64,000 bases of DNA, from positions 81,469,789 to 81,533,788 of the forward strand of contig NC_068986.1 in the NCBI RefSeq assembly GCF_001194135.2, read 5' to 3'. This document shows positions 50,660 through 64,000 of this stretch, piece after piece. The DNA is from Octopus bimaculoides (lineage: Eukaryota). Under the pieces are notes generated by a model. That model was not told the DNA's origin and did no database searches. It worked only from the letters and a program-made list of their open reading frames with translations. The translations under genes and the position numbers were made by a program. Positions within the stretch are counted from its first letter, which is position 1; each line of letters opens with the position of its first letter.

Positions 50660-51300
50660 TAATTATGCACAACTTCAGAGCTGGATAGCCACAAGAACTT
50701 CTCTCTGTGCTGACAATAAGTCTCATTGCAAAGTGTTAAAAAAATTCAGAGAAAATTTAAACTGTGATAGATTAGGTTTGAATGAAAAGAAATGGAAAAA
50801 TCCCTGAATGTGAATATGTCCAAGACTAGTTTGTAGCAAGTATCACAAGAGACCTGTAAAATCAAGGAGTAAATGGTGACTTAGTATTGGATAGTAAGAT
50901 CAAATAATAGGAATACAATAAAGTGCTTGTTTGATATTTAAATGGCTGGCTGGAAAGCATAACTTTTAATGTACAGGATTACAATGAAACTACTACCAGT
51001 AATGGGGGATAAAGGGCAGAATAATTCAATGAGCTACTTTTATTGTTGGAAATAGCAGATTTTTTTGTGTGGAAAACACTGAGCATAAAACACTGACGAT
51101 AAAAGCTAAGCATGCAAAGTGTAGGAAAATGTTGGATAAGAAATAATTGGAGAAGAATGGAGTATTGTCTATTGGAGGTGCAATATAAACTTAGAAGAAA
51201 AGTTAAGTGTAAGCTTAGAAAGAAACTGGTCAGCATTGAATGATACATGGAGGAAAAATGGCTAGAATGACATGGGTTTCTGTGGTAAAGGGATTATAGA
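50660..51300 (+). mobile_element. Highly decayed RTE RT fragment
   Basis: EKFKL...SLNVNMSKT resembles the region after the YADD box; many stops. Confidence 0.45.
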
Positions 51301-51322
51301 TGCTAATTAATGTGGAAAGTAT

Positions 51323-51480
51323 AGCACAGGAGTGGCTGTGTGGTAAGAAGTTTGCTTCCCAACTTACATGGTTTCAGGTTCAGTCCCATTGCGTGGTTCC
51401 TTGGGCAAGTGTCTTCTATAGCCTTATGCTGACCAAAGCCTTATGAGTGGATCTGGTAGTCGGAAACTGAAAGAAGTCAG
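51323..51480 (+). mobile_element. SINE family A, 5' half
   Basis: CAGGAGTGGCTGTGTGGTAAG...GGAAACTGAAAGAAG. Confidence 0.8.
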
Positions 51481-51943
51481 ACATGAAAACACTAGAATTC
51501 ATAAACAGAACAATACAGAAAATACATGTAGAGATAATGCATTGAAAATCTGTCCAAATCATGCTTATATTGAAAAATGATAATGATGAATTAGGAATTA
51601 AAAAAATGTTTTCAAGCATTATTTTAATTGTGTAATATATTCATTTATAACATTTATATTTCAAACTTCCTGATATATCAGATGGCTTCAATATTTAAGT
51701 TAATTTAATCAGTTGTTCATCTGCTTAGTCAACACTCTCATTATGTGACAATTTTTGTTTGTCAACAGGAACAAAAGTGTTTACTGGTATATGACGCTGT
51801 CAACCAATAATAATACATATCAGATTATTAGTTCTGCTAATATAGATAGAATTACTTGCTACATTGGTTTGAGACAAACTTTATTCTTGTGTCATTATTT
51901 AGTAGGTTTTAATAATGACTTATTGTTGTATGTATATGTATAT

Positions 51944-52113
51944 AGGAGTGGCTGTGTGGTAAGTAGCTTGCTTACCAACCACATGGTTCCGGGTTCAGTC
52001 CCACTGCGTGGCACCTTGGGCAAGTGTCTTCTACTATAGCCTCGGGCCGACCAAAGCCTTGTGAGTGGATTTGGTAGACGGAAACTGAAAGAAGCCTGTC
52101 GTATATATGTATG

Positions 52114-52150
<37 letters not shown>

Positions 52151-52535
52151 GTATATGTTTGTGTATCTCTGTTNNNNNNNNNNNNNNNNNNNNNNNNNNN
52201 NNNNNNNNNNNNNNNNNNNNNNNNNNNNNNNNNNNNNNNNNNNNNNNNNNNNNNNNNNNNNNNNNNNNNNNNNNNNNNNNNNNNNNNNNNNNNNNNNNNN
52301 NNNNNNNNNNNNNNNNNNNNNNNNNNNNNNNNNNNNNNNNNNNNNNNNNNNNNNNNNNNNNNNNNNNNNNNNNNNNNNNNNNNNNCCCCGTAACTTAGCG
52401 GTTCTGCTAAAGAGACCGATAGAATAAGTACTAGGCTTCCAAAGAATAAGTCCTGGGGTCGATTAGCTCGACTAAAAGGCGGTGCTCCAGCATGGCCACA
52501 GTCATATGACTGAAACAAGTAAAAGAGTAAAAGAG
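51944..52535 (+). mobile_element. SINE family A, full length, gap in the central microsatellite
   Basis: Intact head and tail matching 22474-22887. Confidence 0.9.
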
Positions 52536-52561
52536 GTGTGTGCATGTGCGGGTATATATAT

Positions 52562-52599
<38 letters not shown>

Positions 52600-52625
52600 G
52601 TGTGTGTGTATATATATATATATAA

Positions 52626-52656
<31 letters not shown>

Positions 52657-53545
52657 TTATATACATCATAGTAGGAATATATTGTTTTTTTTTTAATAAT
52701 TTGATAGACAATAACATTGTAGTGGCCTACTTATAGAAATAGGCAAAGACTTAATGAAGACTATGAGACTGAAACCAGTAACCTAAGACACCCTTTATAT
52801 AAAATAGATTGATCAGTAACTGTATTTTCAGAACTGTGTTAGGCTTTTTGTAATAATGGCACATTTAATCAATATTAATATTGAAGTGAATAAAATGATT
52901 GTAACAAATATTTTGTATTGATAAACTACATTCTAAATAGTTTTCTTTCTTTTCAATTTTGATTGTATTTTTTTTTCCATTTTTAAAAGTTCACATATGT
53001 CACTAGAGTTGAAGATATTATATACTTATATTTGTATATCATAAACTTAGCATTATTAATGACACCTGTAGCAGGTTTAGAAACCCTGCTTCTGTGCTGC
53101 AAGCTTTTTAGTGGCTTTCCTAGACATTCCAACTCATATACAAACTCTTGAAGGACACAGTACTTTGAGAAGATAGAAAACTCTCAACCCTGTTCAACTC
53201 ATGCAGGATGAAGAATGTATAACACTGGTGATTATGACATACGATATTGAAAAGTATAATACAGAAAACAAACAAAAAACAAATGTAAATGTAAAGTGTG
53301 TTGATAATAATAGCTTAAACCTATTCGATCATCTTGAGACTTTGATAGTTCTTTAATCTATTGTGAAAAATTGCTTACAGCGTGTTGTCTTTTCTTCTTA
53401 TAGTGGTTCCATTTGGAATATATTTCACATTAGGTCTTTTAGTTTGTAAAATTCTTTATATGAATTATTGTATCTTGGGAGGTTCATTATGCAAATAGTA
53501 AACACACACAGGTTTTGCTACACTTCTTTTATCATTATTAATCAG

Positions 53546-53825
53546 CTAGTCAACCATGTTACCAATTATCTAATTATTGTTTGATTAATTGTTCTGTTAA
53601 TCAATCAATCAACTAGGTTCATCAGAGTTCTTTCATTGCCATTTGTGGTTTTATCAGTGACAAGCCCACTCTGCTTCAAGTCTGCTCCAGGTAGAGTAGA
53701 GAGGACATGTTGTTGATGAGGCCACAAACAATGATAAAAAGATTCTGATGAACCAAGTTGATTGATTGATTAACTTAATGATTAATCAAGCAATCAATTA
53801 GTTAATTGGCTAAATGATTGACAAG
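53546..53825. mobile_element. Foldback element with inverted arms of about 100 bp
   Basis: Arms 53546-53648 and 53722-53825; core GTTAATCAATCAATCAACT(A/T)GGTTCATCAGA matches 30/31. Confidence 0.8.
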
Positions 53826-54906
53826 TTGACAAATAATAATAATAAAAGATGTGAAATAGAACCATTGCATGTGCTTATTATTAGCTTAATGGCCCTTCCA
53901 AGATACAATAAAATTTCATATTAGTGTTTCTCTATTTTTTTCCATTTGCTGCCATATAAACTCTTGCATTTCTTCTATTTTTCTCTAAAATATTTCTTTC
54001 CTTTATTTTTGTTACTTGTTATCAATTATATATTGTTGTGATTTTATTAAAATTTACTAATGTTACTAAATTATAAATTTTTAAAAACTTTCTATTATTT
54101 TAAAATAAATATTGAAAAAAGCATGTTGTTTCTAGTTACATTTAATTGAATTTTTCAATAAAGAAAAGAAAGCAAGCTGTTTTGGTATTTTTTCTCATCC
54201 TTTCAGAAAACATTTCAAACCAATTATTTAAGATTCCATGCTGTCTTTGGAATATCATTTCCAGTTTAGAATCAGTTTTCCTGTGCCAGAATTGCTGGAC
54301 TGCATGGATAATTAGAATATTTTCAATGTTAACCATTTCTTGATCCATTTCATTGTTACATCATCTACTTTGAATTATGGCAACTTTGTATGGTCTCTAC
54401 AGCAAAAACAAATTTATCAAACAGGATGGTTTTTTTCTATTTTTTGCTTAAACATTTTCCTCTCTCTCTCTCTCTCACTCTCTCTCTCTCTCACTCTCTC
54501 TCTCTCTCATACTCTCTATTTCTCTCTCTCTCTCTCTCTCTCTCTCATTGGTTTACTAGGTAAATTTTGAAAGATTTTTAGAACTGCTGCTTGAAAGATT
54601 AATGATTTTTTGGCCAATGCTTGCTAATATTTTGCAAAGGTCCTGATTCTTTCTTCAATTGAAATATCTGTAGCTAAGATCTGAGTCGAACATCAGCTTA
54701 GCATTATTTAATTCTTAGTTTAAGTTGTAGCAATTTTGGTGATGTGTAATTAATGAGAAGAAATAGACCAAATAAGTTGTATGATTGAAATTTCATGCAG
54801 TATGAATGTACAATAACCGCTTCATTAGATGCAAATAAATATACAATAACAGTTCATTGTAGCTGTGTGCAGAGACTAGTGAGTGTATAGCTTCTAGATA
54901 TTTGGT

Positions 54907-55109
54907 TTAACTCTTTAGCATTCAGATTACTCAGTGAAGTGTAATGCTTATTTATTCACATTGTTTTGAATTAATCATGCATTATCTTGTAGCTTATTTT
55001 TTGAGTGACATTGAGGGGTAGGTCTAAGAAACTGAATCTGGTCAATTTTAACATAAAATGGGTAGAATACTTGAGCTGGATATGGCTGGTTTAGATACTA
55101 AAGGATTAA
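54907..55109. mobile_element. piggyBac-like MITE with TTAA duplication
   Basis: TTAA|CTCTTTAGCATT ... ATACTAAAGGA|TTAA. Confidence 0.75.
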
Positions 55110-56962
55110 ATGAAATGTTGAATGTATGTCATATATATTCATTTGTTTGTTTAATGACTGATTTTCCATGCCAGTCTGAGTTAAGTGAGGAGTTATGTGA
55201 GGCAGCATTTTACAACTGGATGTCTTCCTATCACCAACCTGTATCTGCTTTTCAAGCAAGGGCTCTTTTATTTCATAGGTCTTTGAAAGCACTGAGCAAC
55301 CAGCTATCATAATGTTAACAAGGAGTATCAACATGATTATCATCTTTGTCAGGCAGTGACAAGCATCAAATTTCAACATTCATGCATACATACACTATAG
55401 GCTTCCTGCAGTTTCCACCTACCAAATTCACATACACACATGCAGGGGTAGAAAGAGAAAGAAGTGTGCTAGAGCCTTTGGTTGACCAGTTTTTTTTCAA
55501 GATATCTTGGAACAAAACAAATTCTTGTCCAAAATTATAGATTTTAATTATAGTTTTGAAATTCAAAATTCAAAGTGCTACTTGCATTTGTCTGTTGTCC
55601 AATTAACACCTATTTTTTGTTGCTGGTTATGAACACTGTAAATTTTCCACTGTTGAGGCATGGCAATAAATGTTTTGATAATTTCTTTTATATTTCACTC
55701 TTTAGATGTTTAACCCTAGGTTAATTGTGACTGAGTCAGTTAATTGTGATTGGTCAAGAGTACTTTGTCTTTTCAATGGTATCTAGGACTGACCCTTTTT
55801 CCCAGATGGTAGGGTGTAATTTAAGAGAGATTTGGCTACTATTTCTAGCATGTCAAATATCTACTTAACTCTTTTCTGGTTGTTCAACTGTAGTCTTATT
55901 GAATTGGTCTAGAGAATCCTTTTATAACTTACTTTCAATCTAACAGTTCTTTTCACTTTAAAAACATTTTAAAAAGAAAATTACTGAGTTTTACTTAGTT
56001 TGGAAATTGGCATTTCAAATTATATTTTTTTACAAGAAACCATTATATTTTTAACCCTTTACCAATTTTATACCAGGAAGAATTTATGTTAATGTTCTTA
56101 TATTTTTCCAATTGTCTGCTTGGCACTATTGGCAAATGTAAAAAATTCCTTGACTTTAGACATTTACCATATTTGTATATATATAATGCCAACAAATTTG
56201 GTGGAACTATTGTTCTCAAGTTACTCCTAGTTTTCAGGTGGAAGTAAGCCAATAAGAAACATTTTTTTTATTAGCTTCTATGCAGATTCAGTCTGACAAA
56301 GTCAGGTGTGTTTGTATGCATGCATGTGTGTGTGTGTGTGTTGGAGAAAGAAAGAGAGGGAGGGTGAGAGGACATTTTTATATACCAACAGTTGCTAATG
56401 TTCCTGTACATTATTATAGAAATCCAATTCCTCAAGTTCGAGGATTCTTCTTGTTCTAGATATATTTTATATTCAATTTTATTTATACATGCTAATTTTT
56501 TCCTCCAAATGCTCTTGTTAAGGTTTCTTTTCTATTTTGTAGATCTTGTAAGATAGTTAACTAGATCTTCAATTTTTTATGATGCCTTTATCTTTCTTTA
56601 GTCTACAAATTCTCACTTAGATTTCTAATAATTATGTCCCACTAAAGAATTTCCTACTAAAGGGTTTATACTTGAAATTCAGTTTTTTAAATTTATCAAA
56701 CTTTATCTTTTTACATTCAATTTAACAATAAATGATTTGAATAAAAGAATATTGTTTTACAATTTACATATTTCATAAAATTCTTTTACATAACTGCTTT
56801 GGAAATAAATAGTATTTTGATAATATCTGCATTTATAAATCTTTTTTTTTTTTTTTTGTCTAATTGTAGTCCTTGCTTTTGTGACCAAACACAGCACTAA
56901 CAGGAGTTTGAAGTGCAAACGTCTAAAACTTAGTTAATTCAGAATTGAAGCATTCATTTTTG

Positions 56963-56994
<32 letters not shown>

Positions 56995-57999
56995 TGTAAT
57001 TTTAGCCCTTTTGTGATCATAGTTTCAATGAGATATTCTGTCCATTTGTTTTAATATAGAATAACTAACTCTGTCATTATTAATCTAGTATTTGGATAAT
57101 ATAAAATGTTTTTATATTATATTATAAAATCATATATATAGATAACATTATACTGCAGTCCTTTTTGGTTGATCATCAATGGTTACTACTGTAACTTTGT
57201 TATTGCATGCAACATTTGATGTGTAATCATAGCTAAGTGAACAAATAGTGTGAGTGAAATAATAGATGTAGTTTAAATATAGGTTAATTTTGGCTAATCT
57301 AAGAAAATGATACAAGTAGTCAGACTCCTTGACAGAACTTGTCCATTGTTTTATTGTACAGGACATTCAAGCTAAATTTGACAGTTTTGTATGAAAGGAA
57401 AAGAAAACAATATCCCATTCAAAAATAAAAGTATTTTCAAAAATCAAAAAAATATCAGTTAGATTATGGCTGGGGGATAATGGTTTACTCAAAGTAGCCA
57501 CCCTCAGCTTCCACCATGAACTCAAAATGGCTCTGGAATATGGCACATGCATTCCTCATTGTGTCTCTTCAAACACCTTAATTTTGGGCCCCAGCTTTTG
57601 ATTCAAGCAAGAGCAATGGCAAACGGACAGAGCGAACACACATACTAACTTACTAACAGAGTGACACGAAGAATTAATATTTCTAATGTCTTCAACAGCT
57701 GAAACATCCATAGTAGGGTTAATTGTAATGATTAGGAAAATACATTCAGGGTTAATTAATATTACTCTCTGTCTTGGCAAGGGAGCCAAAGTTTAGGTCC
57801 CACTAACTTTCAAATGAACTGCCTCAGTTCATTGCAATGTTCTTCAACCATCTCATCGAGGCCAGATATCTTAAAGTGTAATATTTTCCTTTTATCTATG
57901 TTCTTAGCTATTTCAGGTTAGTCTTTTAAATTTGGCAGTTGTGGGTGTACTGTTAGTGGTACTTCAGTTTGACTATCTAATCTATTACTATATTTATGT

Positions 58000-58265
58000 A
58001 CTTCAGATACCATGACACACCTCTGTCTTATATCCTCCAGACACCATTACATATTTCTAGTTTATGTCCTCCAGATATGATCACCTCTATTATGATGTCC
58101 AGACACAATCACAATCTATTTTGTGTTTCCTCACTTATATCTAATTAATGTGCACCAGTTACTGTCATGCACCTATTTATGCCCTTTTGACACCATTACA
58201 TATCTCTTTTTTATTCTTCAGATACAACACATACCTATTTTATGTCCTCCAGACACTATTACATA
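58000..58265. repeat. Degenerate minisatellite with units of about 30-35 bp
   Basis: Recurring TCCTCCAGACAC(C/T)ATTACATA-like motif. Confidence 0.6.
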
Positions 58266-60434
58266 CCAATTTATTATTTCCAGTGATTTAGTATTTTGTG
58301 ATTTTTATTATATTTATTATTTATTACTTTTGACTGAAAGTGGTTTCAACTTATTTAACTTGGTTCTATCAATTAATCTATCAATGAATTTTTCATCAAA
58401 GATAAGCTCTTATCTTTAATAGGATTTATAGTAAAGCGAAGTATTCCAAAATCACTTTTTAGTATGAAGTGCAAATACCTTTCTGTCAGTGTTTATCAAC
58501 ATAGACTGTCTGTTTTCTTATCTTAGACCTTCATTGCAATGCTAGGTTATTTAGTGTAGGACATAAATAAACCTATTACTCTTTTTATATTCAGCTTTGT
58601 GGTTTTGAGTCCTTGACAGGGATAAATTTAGGAAATACTCTGTAGATAGTGAAGTCTGGTTCAAAGTTAGTTTGATGAAGTGGGTTTGAGAAAGGAAGAA
58701 AGGCTGAATGGGAAGAAATACTTGAGATTATTTTCTGATAATTTCTAATTCATTTATACATGATTTTAGAAACATTATTCTAAAACATCTAGGCATTTGT
58801 TTGGATGTTTATATTTATATTCTATTAGTTGTCTAATTCCAGGAGTTATTTTCCAAAATAAATTGGATAATTTATAATTATTTTACTGTAAGAATGTGAA
58901 AATAATAACATTACAATTATTATATAATTAATATTTATCATTAGCCAAACTATTTCATCTGTTTTTTAAAAAGTGCTTCAAGATTTTCTGGCTGACAGGA
59001 ATGGATTGGTCAACTATCATCATTGTCAGATCAACCCCATCCCCAGAAGCACCTCCTCATAGCCCCTTCCTCTTCTACTAGACAACAAATTATTTTTACT
59101 CCTTGGTAAAATACAGCTATCCCAATCTGATAGCTGTATTATCATTTCTTTTTTTTAAAGCATCAAACTTTGTTGATATAGACTAGTGTCTGCCTGTTTA
59201 ATACAATCCAACCTTCACTGAATCAATACAACCTTAACACTTTTGATATCAAGCTACCTGAGGACTCTTCCTGGTTCTATAGTACAAACTTCCCATTTTG
59301 AAATGATCTAAGTTAAAATTTCCCTTTAAATTTTTATGTTAATTTGTGTTAAACATCAGCTTAAACTAAACTGTTTTACTAAATTCTTCATTATTTTTTA
59401 AATTAGTTGAAATATGGAAATTCTTCTTTTTATTTTACTTGATTGTATGATTCCAATAAACTTGTTCCCTGAACCCCAAAAACGTCTTATATATCTTCCT
59501 TCATTCCATCTTTGACCGTTTTTCTATATTTTTATTTGAGATATCTCACTCAAATATTCATTCAAATATTGCAACCAAATGAAAAATATATAGTCTCCTG
59601 ATGAAGGTCTGTAAAATCAAAATGAAATAGGCTGCAGATCAATCAATCAACATTAATTTGTATATCCTTCCAAAGTTTTCTTTATTTTGCCTTCAGACTA
59701 GTTTGATGCTGCCCAAGAAAAAGCCTGTGAATTATATGGCAGGTAGGTAACAGTGTTGTGCAGTTGCCCACCCAGTTCACTTCCATCGTGGTAGAAAGTT
59801 AAACATTAGATGGTTTGGTTTTTGTAGGAAGCTGTAAACTTTGTCTATATGTATGCAGCACTAACATATGGCCTCTTGCCAACCACTGCATTATCCTTTT
59901 GTGAGAACTATTCTATTTCTGAAGTGAAACATGTCAGATGTATAGGGAAGTGACTGCTTTGAACCAGCCACTAACGATTTGAATCAAAAATATTGAAATA
60001 ATAGTCACTTGTTTAAGAGACTTGTAAATTAATCATATATTTTGTCCTTTGCACTTTCTTTGAGGTATTACTGAAAAAAAACATCATTTGATGCTTCAAA
60101 AAAGTTAACTTCCAAAGTGTCAGGCTAAACTTTCTTTTAAAATTAAGTTTTCATGCGTTTTTTTTTTTTTTTGCCTCTTCAGAAGAAAATTATCTGGTAA
60201 TTTCTTTATAATTAGAAATATATCAGTAATTCTTAATCTTTTGTTTATTTTTCTTTGCAGGAAAATTGAGACCTTTTATCATTATAATGTACTGTTGCAT
60301 AGTTTGGTTGTTGGTTTGTTACTTGAGCAATAATTAATAGCCAAATATTAATTACCTCAGGGATTAAATATGACATAGCTTTAAATTATGAAGGATATAC
60401 TCTTTTCAGTAGTAGTAGTAGTTACACCACCACC

Positions 60435-60478
<44 letters not shown>

Positions 60479-62043
60479 CATTTTATTTTAAAGTTTAGTT
60501 TGTGTATGTATTGGTTTCAAGGCAACAAATTGGCAGAGCTATTTGAGCATCAATCAAAATACCTTGTATTTATTCTGGCACATAGCATTCTGAGTTCAGT
60601 TCCCAGTGAGACCAACTTTGTCTTCCATTTTTACCTGTGTCAATTAATTACCTGTCAAGGGTGATGGATCAACAGAAACCTTAGAACATTAGAAGAGATG
60701 CCTTACAATAGTTGATCCAGCACTTCACATTCTGAGTTCAGATCATACTGTGTCTTACTTGGATGGTAGCCTTAATCCATCATCTCGTTTAACATCATAA
60801 TCTGGCCCTTACATACTTCTAGTGAAATCCAGTCTGTTGCAAGCATTTAGACTAGGTCCCCATCTGGAGACCTTGTAAAGGGTCATGGGTTTGTCCTTCC
60901 CTCTTGACTAAAAGATGATAAAAAAATACACATTCAAGAAATTGTTCATGCACAGACACGTAAATGCAGGCAAGTTGTAAAAGATCAATCTGAATCTTAA
61001 ATCATTTCCTTAATTACCCTTATTGTTGCAATAGATGCATCATAAAGCCATAGCTTCAGTTTGCCTGTTTCTGGATGTTGGCCACATATCTAACCACTAA
61101 GCCATCACATTATCACTGACACAGTATGAATATTTATCAAAATGATATATTTACATCTGCATAATCTCTGAGAACTTGTATATGTTCACTTTTGTCTCCC
61201 AAGTGAATGTTTTAGATAAAAGACAAAGATAATAGTGATGTTATGGTATGTTAGAATTTTGTGGTGAAGAGTAATTTGTCATTTGTGTTTGTTATGCATT
61301 AGACATGACAAAGAAATCTGCCTCCAAAGCCAGACATTTTTGCAATTCTACTTCCTCAATCAACATATTGCAATTAGTTTTTACACATCTTCAACAATTG
61401 TTTTCTTTGTATTTTACATGAACTCATCAGTTCTCTAATTTTCTCTCCCTCCTTCCTCCTCTCCATTTTTTAAATATAATCATCATAAATCTATTATCTG
61501 AAGTAATCAGATAGACTTGATAAAGTCATTGTTTTTGTTACTGGTTAGTTTTATCTTGTATTGGTAAAGTTTGGCACAAAACTCTTATAAAAATTCTACA
61601 GCTAATGTCTTAGAGATAATTCCTTTTGTAAGATAATAAAAATTTTTCTGTAAATATATTTGGGAAATGAAATTCTAATAGTTTAAATAAATTTTCAGTT
61701 GTCTTCTGGAAACATTTTTATCTATGTAACAAGACTCCAGTCAGCTGTTTTGGAATAAGCAGTGGGTATTCCATCCTGTTTAAACTGGTGCAAGCAACAT
61801 ATACCTTGGGTAGGAAACACCTAATTCTGTTCAAATCACTAAAACTTGTGTAAAATGAACCTTTAACTCTTTAACATATAAAGAATATTTGTTTTTCGGT
61901 TAAAGTGATAATATATGAGTTGAAAATAAATTAGCTGCTATTTCTAGCTAGTCAAACAACCTCTATTCGATCATTGACCTTGAGAGAAATTTCAACTGAA
62001 ACATTGAACAAGAGATTTTACTATGTGTATCCTGTCTTATTAA

Positions 62044-62115
62044 TGCAGAAGTCCCCAACCACCAGACTGCAGACCAGTACTGGGTTGTGGAGCATTTGGT
62101 CCTGGGTTGCACAAA
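62044..62115 (+). mobile_element. hAT/Charlie-like transposon, left end
   Basis: CAGAAGTCCCCAACCACCAGACTGCAGACCAGTACTGG... resembles a CpG-decayed MER1/Charlie-type terminus (CAGGGGTCCCCAACC...GGACCGGTACCGG). Confidence 0.5.
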
Positions 62116-62212
62116 AAGAATAAATTTCAAAATTTTATTTCTATTTTATCGACTATTGCAGTCTGCAGGGTGATTTTGCATTATATATGTTGTATATATG
62201 CATTATATTAAT

Positions 62213-62340
62213 CATCATCATCATCATTTAACGTCCATTGTCCATGCTGGCATGGGTTGGATGGTTTGACCAGAGTTGCCAAGCTGGTGACCTATACCAA
62301 ACTCCAGTCTGATTTGGCATGATTTTTATGGTTGGGTGCT
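62213..62340 (-). mobile_element. RTE 3' end
   Basis: (CAT)n followed by TTTAACGTCCATTGTCCATGCTGGCATGGGTTGG. Confidence 0.7.
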
Positions 62341-62415
62341 TTTATATAGCATTGCACAGGTGCTTTTTATGTGGCACCACATGGGCACTTCTACATAGTA
62401 CTGCACAGGCGCTTT

Positions 62416-62448
<33 letters not shown>

Positions 62449-64000
62449 ACAGGGCCAGATTCAGACCCACTGAGGCCCTAAGCACTTAAAAGATTTTGGT
62501 GCCCCCATAAAATATTTTGTAATTCAAAATATAAACAATAACAAAACATAAAATAAATTTTTATTTCTTAGAATGAAACAAAACAGTAAGAGGGAATTAC
62601 CTGCTCTTGAATTATTATGGTTGGGCATTCCAAATGTACACACTCACTCGCATAATTATATGTTAATCAAAAATATAATTTTCCAGCACACCATCATCAT
62701 TTGGTGTCCATGTTCCATGTTTGCATGGGTTGGATTGATTGACAAAATCCAACAGGTCTAACAACTACATTATGTTCCAGTGTCTGCTTTGGCATGTTCT
62801 CTTTGCCCTTCCTAATTCCAACCACTTTACAGCATGTACAAGTTGCTTTTTTTATGTGTCACAAGTACTAGTGACTTTGCCTTGCAATATTCAAGAGTAC
62901 GAACCCTGAGTGGGGCAATTTTATTTTAGGAGATAAGGAGTAGGAAGGGTTTAAGCTGGAAATCAATAAAAATAGTGGTGATGATGTGTCAGGGTGGCCC
63001 CTCAGTGTATGAAGTAGGTAGGAATGAGTGGGCTGAGAAGCCAGAAGTGAGTTGATGGCATACAGCAGCAGGATAGTAATGATAATACAGTAAATAAGAG
63101 AAAAACAAAAGAGAGATGGTGACATGCTGTTGAGTAGGTTGCAGGATTGGGTGGGAAAGAGAGAGGCAGACAGTGTATGAGGAAGATGAGATGTATAGCG
63201 AAATACACATGCACACACACACTTATGTGTGCATGCATAAATATTCTTTTCTTACTAAACTACACATCTGCCAATCCAGCACCTATGCATATGAAAATAT
63301 GTACATCATAAAAGATATAGTTGGCTGTTAAAAATTCAACAAGTTAGTAAAAAGTTTTCAGTGCTTACAGCCTATGTAAAAGCTATCAAGGAAAGCTACC
63401 ACGAAGAAAAAATCCAAACAAGAAACAAAATTAAAAAATCCCAACAGCTGAAATTTCAACAGATCTAGACTCAAATACTTTGAGACTACAAATTCACTAT
63501 TAGATTCTGATAATAGCAACTTGATATGTAAAATGGCACAAAATAAGTTCTCTAACTTCTCTGGCATTGAAGATTTCCCTACATATGTATGTGGGGAGAT
63601 ACTTCAAACTCATTTTTAATTAATGTATTGGTTTATATTTTCCACAAATAAATAGAGAGAAAAAAATAGGTACTATTTCCGTAAAACTGCTTTGAATATG
63701 TAGACCAGGAAATTAAACACTTCTTTATCACTTGAATACCAGTGAAAGTCACCTTCAGTCTTTGGCAGATACAATAGCAACAAGCAACAGTTCTCAGTTT
63801 CCCAACTTTTGTTTTCTTTCTTTTTTTTTTACATTTAATCTTTTACATTTCTGTGTTTTTCTCTTTTTTCTCTTTTTTTTCTAAACATTTTAAGATATTT
63901 TATTCCTATTAATTACAAGTAACATATTTTAAAATCATTTTAGTTTTAACTTAAATTTTCTTAAACCCACGTATATATTAAATGTTTTGTAATTACTTTG

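Larger units (their letters stand above)
27276..64000 (+). other. First coding intron of the PKA-RI gene (phase 0), apparently extending beyond the window
   Basis: GTAAGT donor at 27276. By eye I found no downstream exon with the RRxGAIS inhibitor site or cNMP-binding domain sequence. Confidence 0.65.

Noticed and set aside
60261-60269. Strong acceptor ttttctttgcAG as PKA-RI exon 2
   Set aside because: The phase-0 frame reads E-N-stop, with no RI similarity.
1-64000. CRISPR arrays, operons or prokaryotic defence systems
   Set aside because: The sequence is eukaryotic, and no repeat-spacer array with unique spacers was seen.

Overview
AT-rich eukaryotic genomic DNA (introns and intergenic sequence) with N-gaps, dense microsatellites and many decayed transposons. 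The repeat content is consistent with an octopus (coleoid cephalopod) assembly; the species is inferred, not shown by the sequence. The only host gene I can identify is the first coding exon (27111-27275, +) of a type I PKA regulatory subunit. It encodes the dimerization/docking domain, and its phase-0 intron sits where human PRKAR1A has one; that intron appears to run past the window end (>36 kb). The upstream region is locally CpG-retaining and contains a perfect CRE (TGACGTCA), a decayed MITE and a YY1-type motif overlapping the ATG. The rest comprises three tRNA-derived SINE families, RTE and Tx1/L1-like LINE fragments, mariner and Tc1-type remnants, hAT and piggyBac-like MITEs, Helitron pieces (including a Pif1-like helicase fragment), foldback elements and local duplications. 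I found no rRNA, true tRNA, CRISPR array or prokaryotic system. All family assignments come from manual motif recognition, not database searches.
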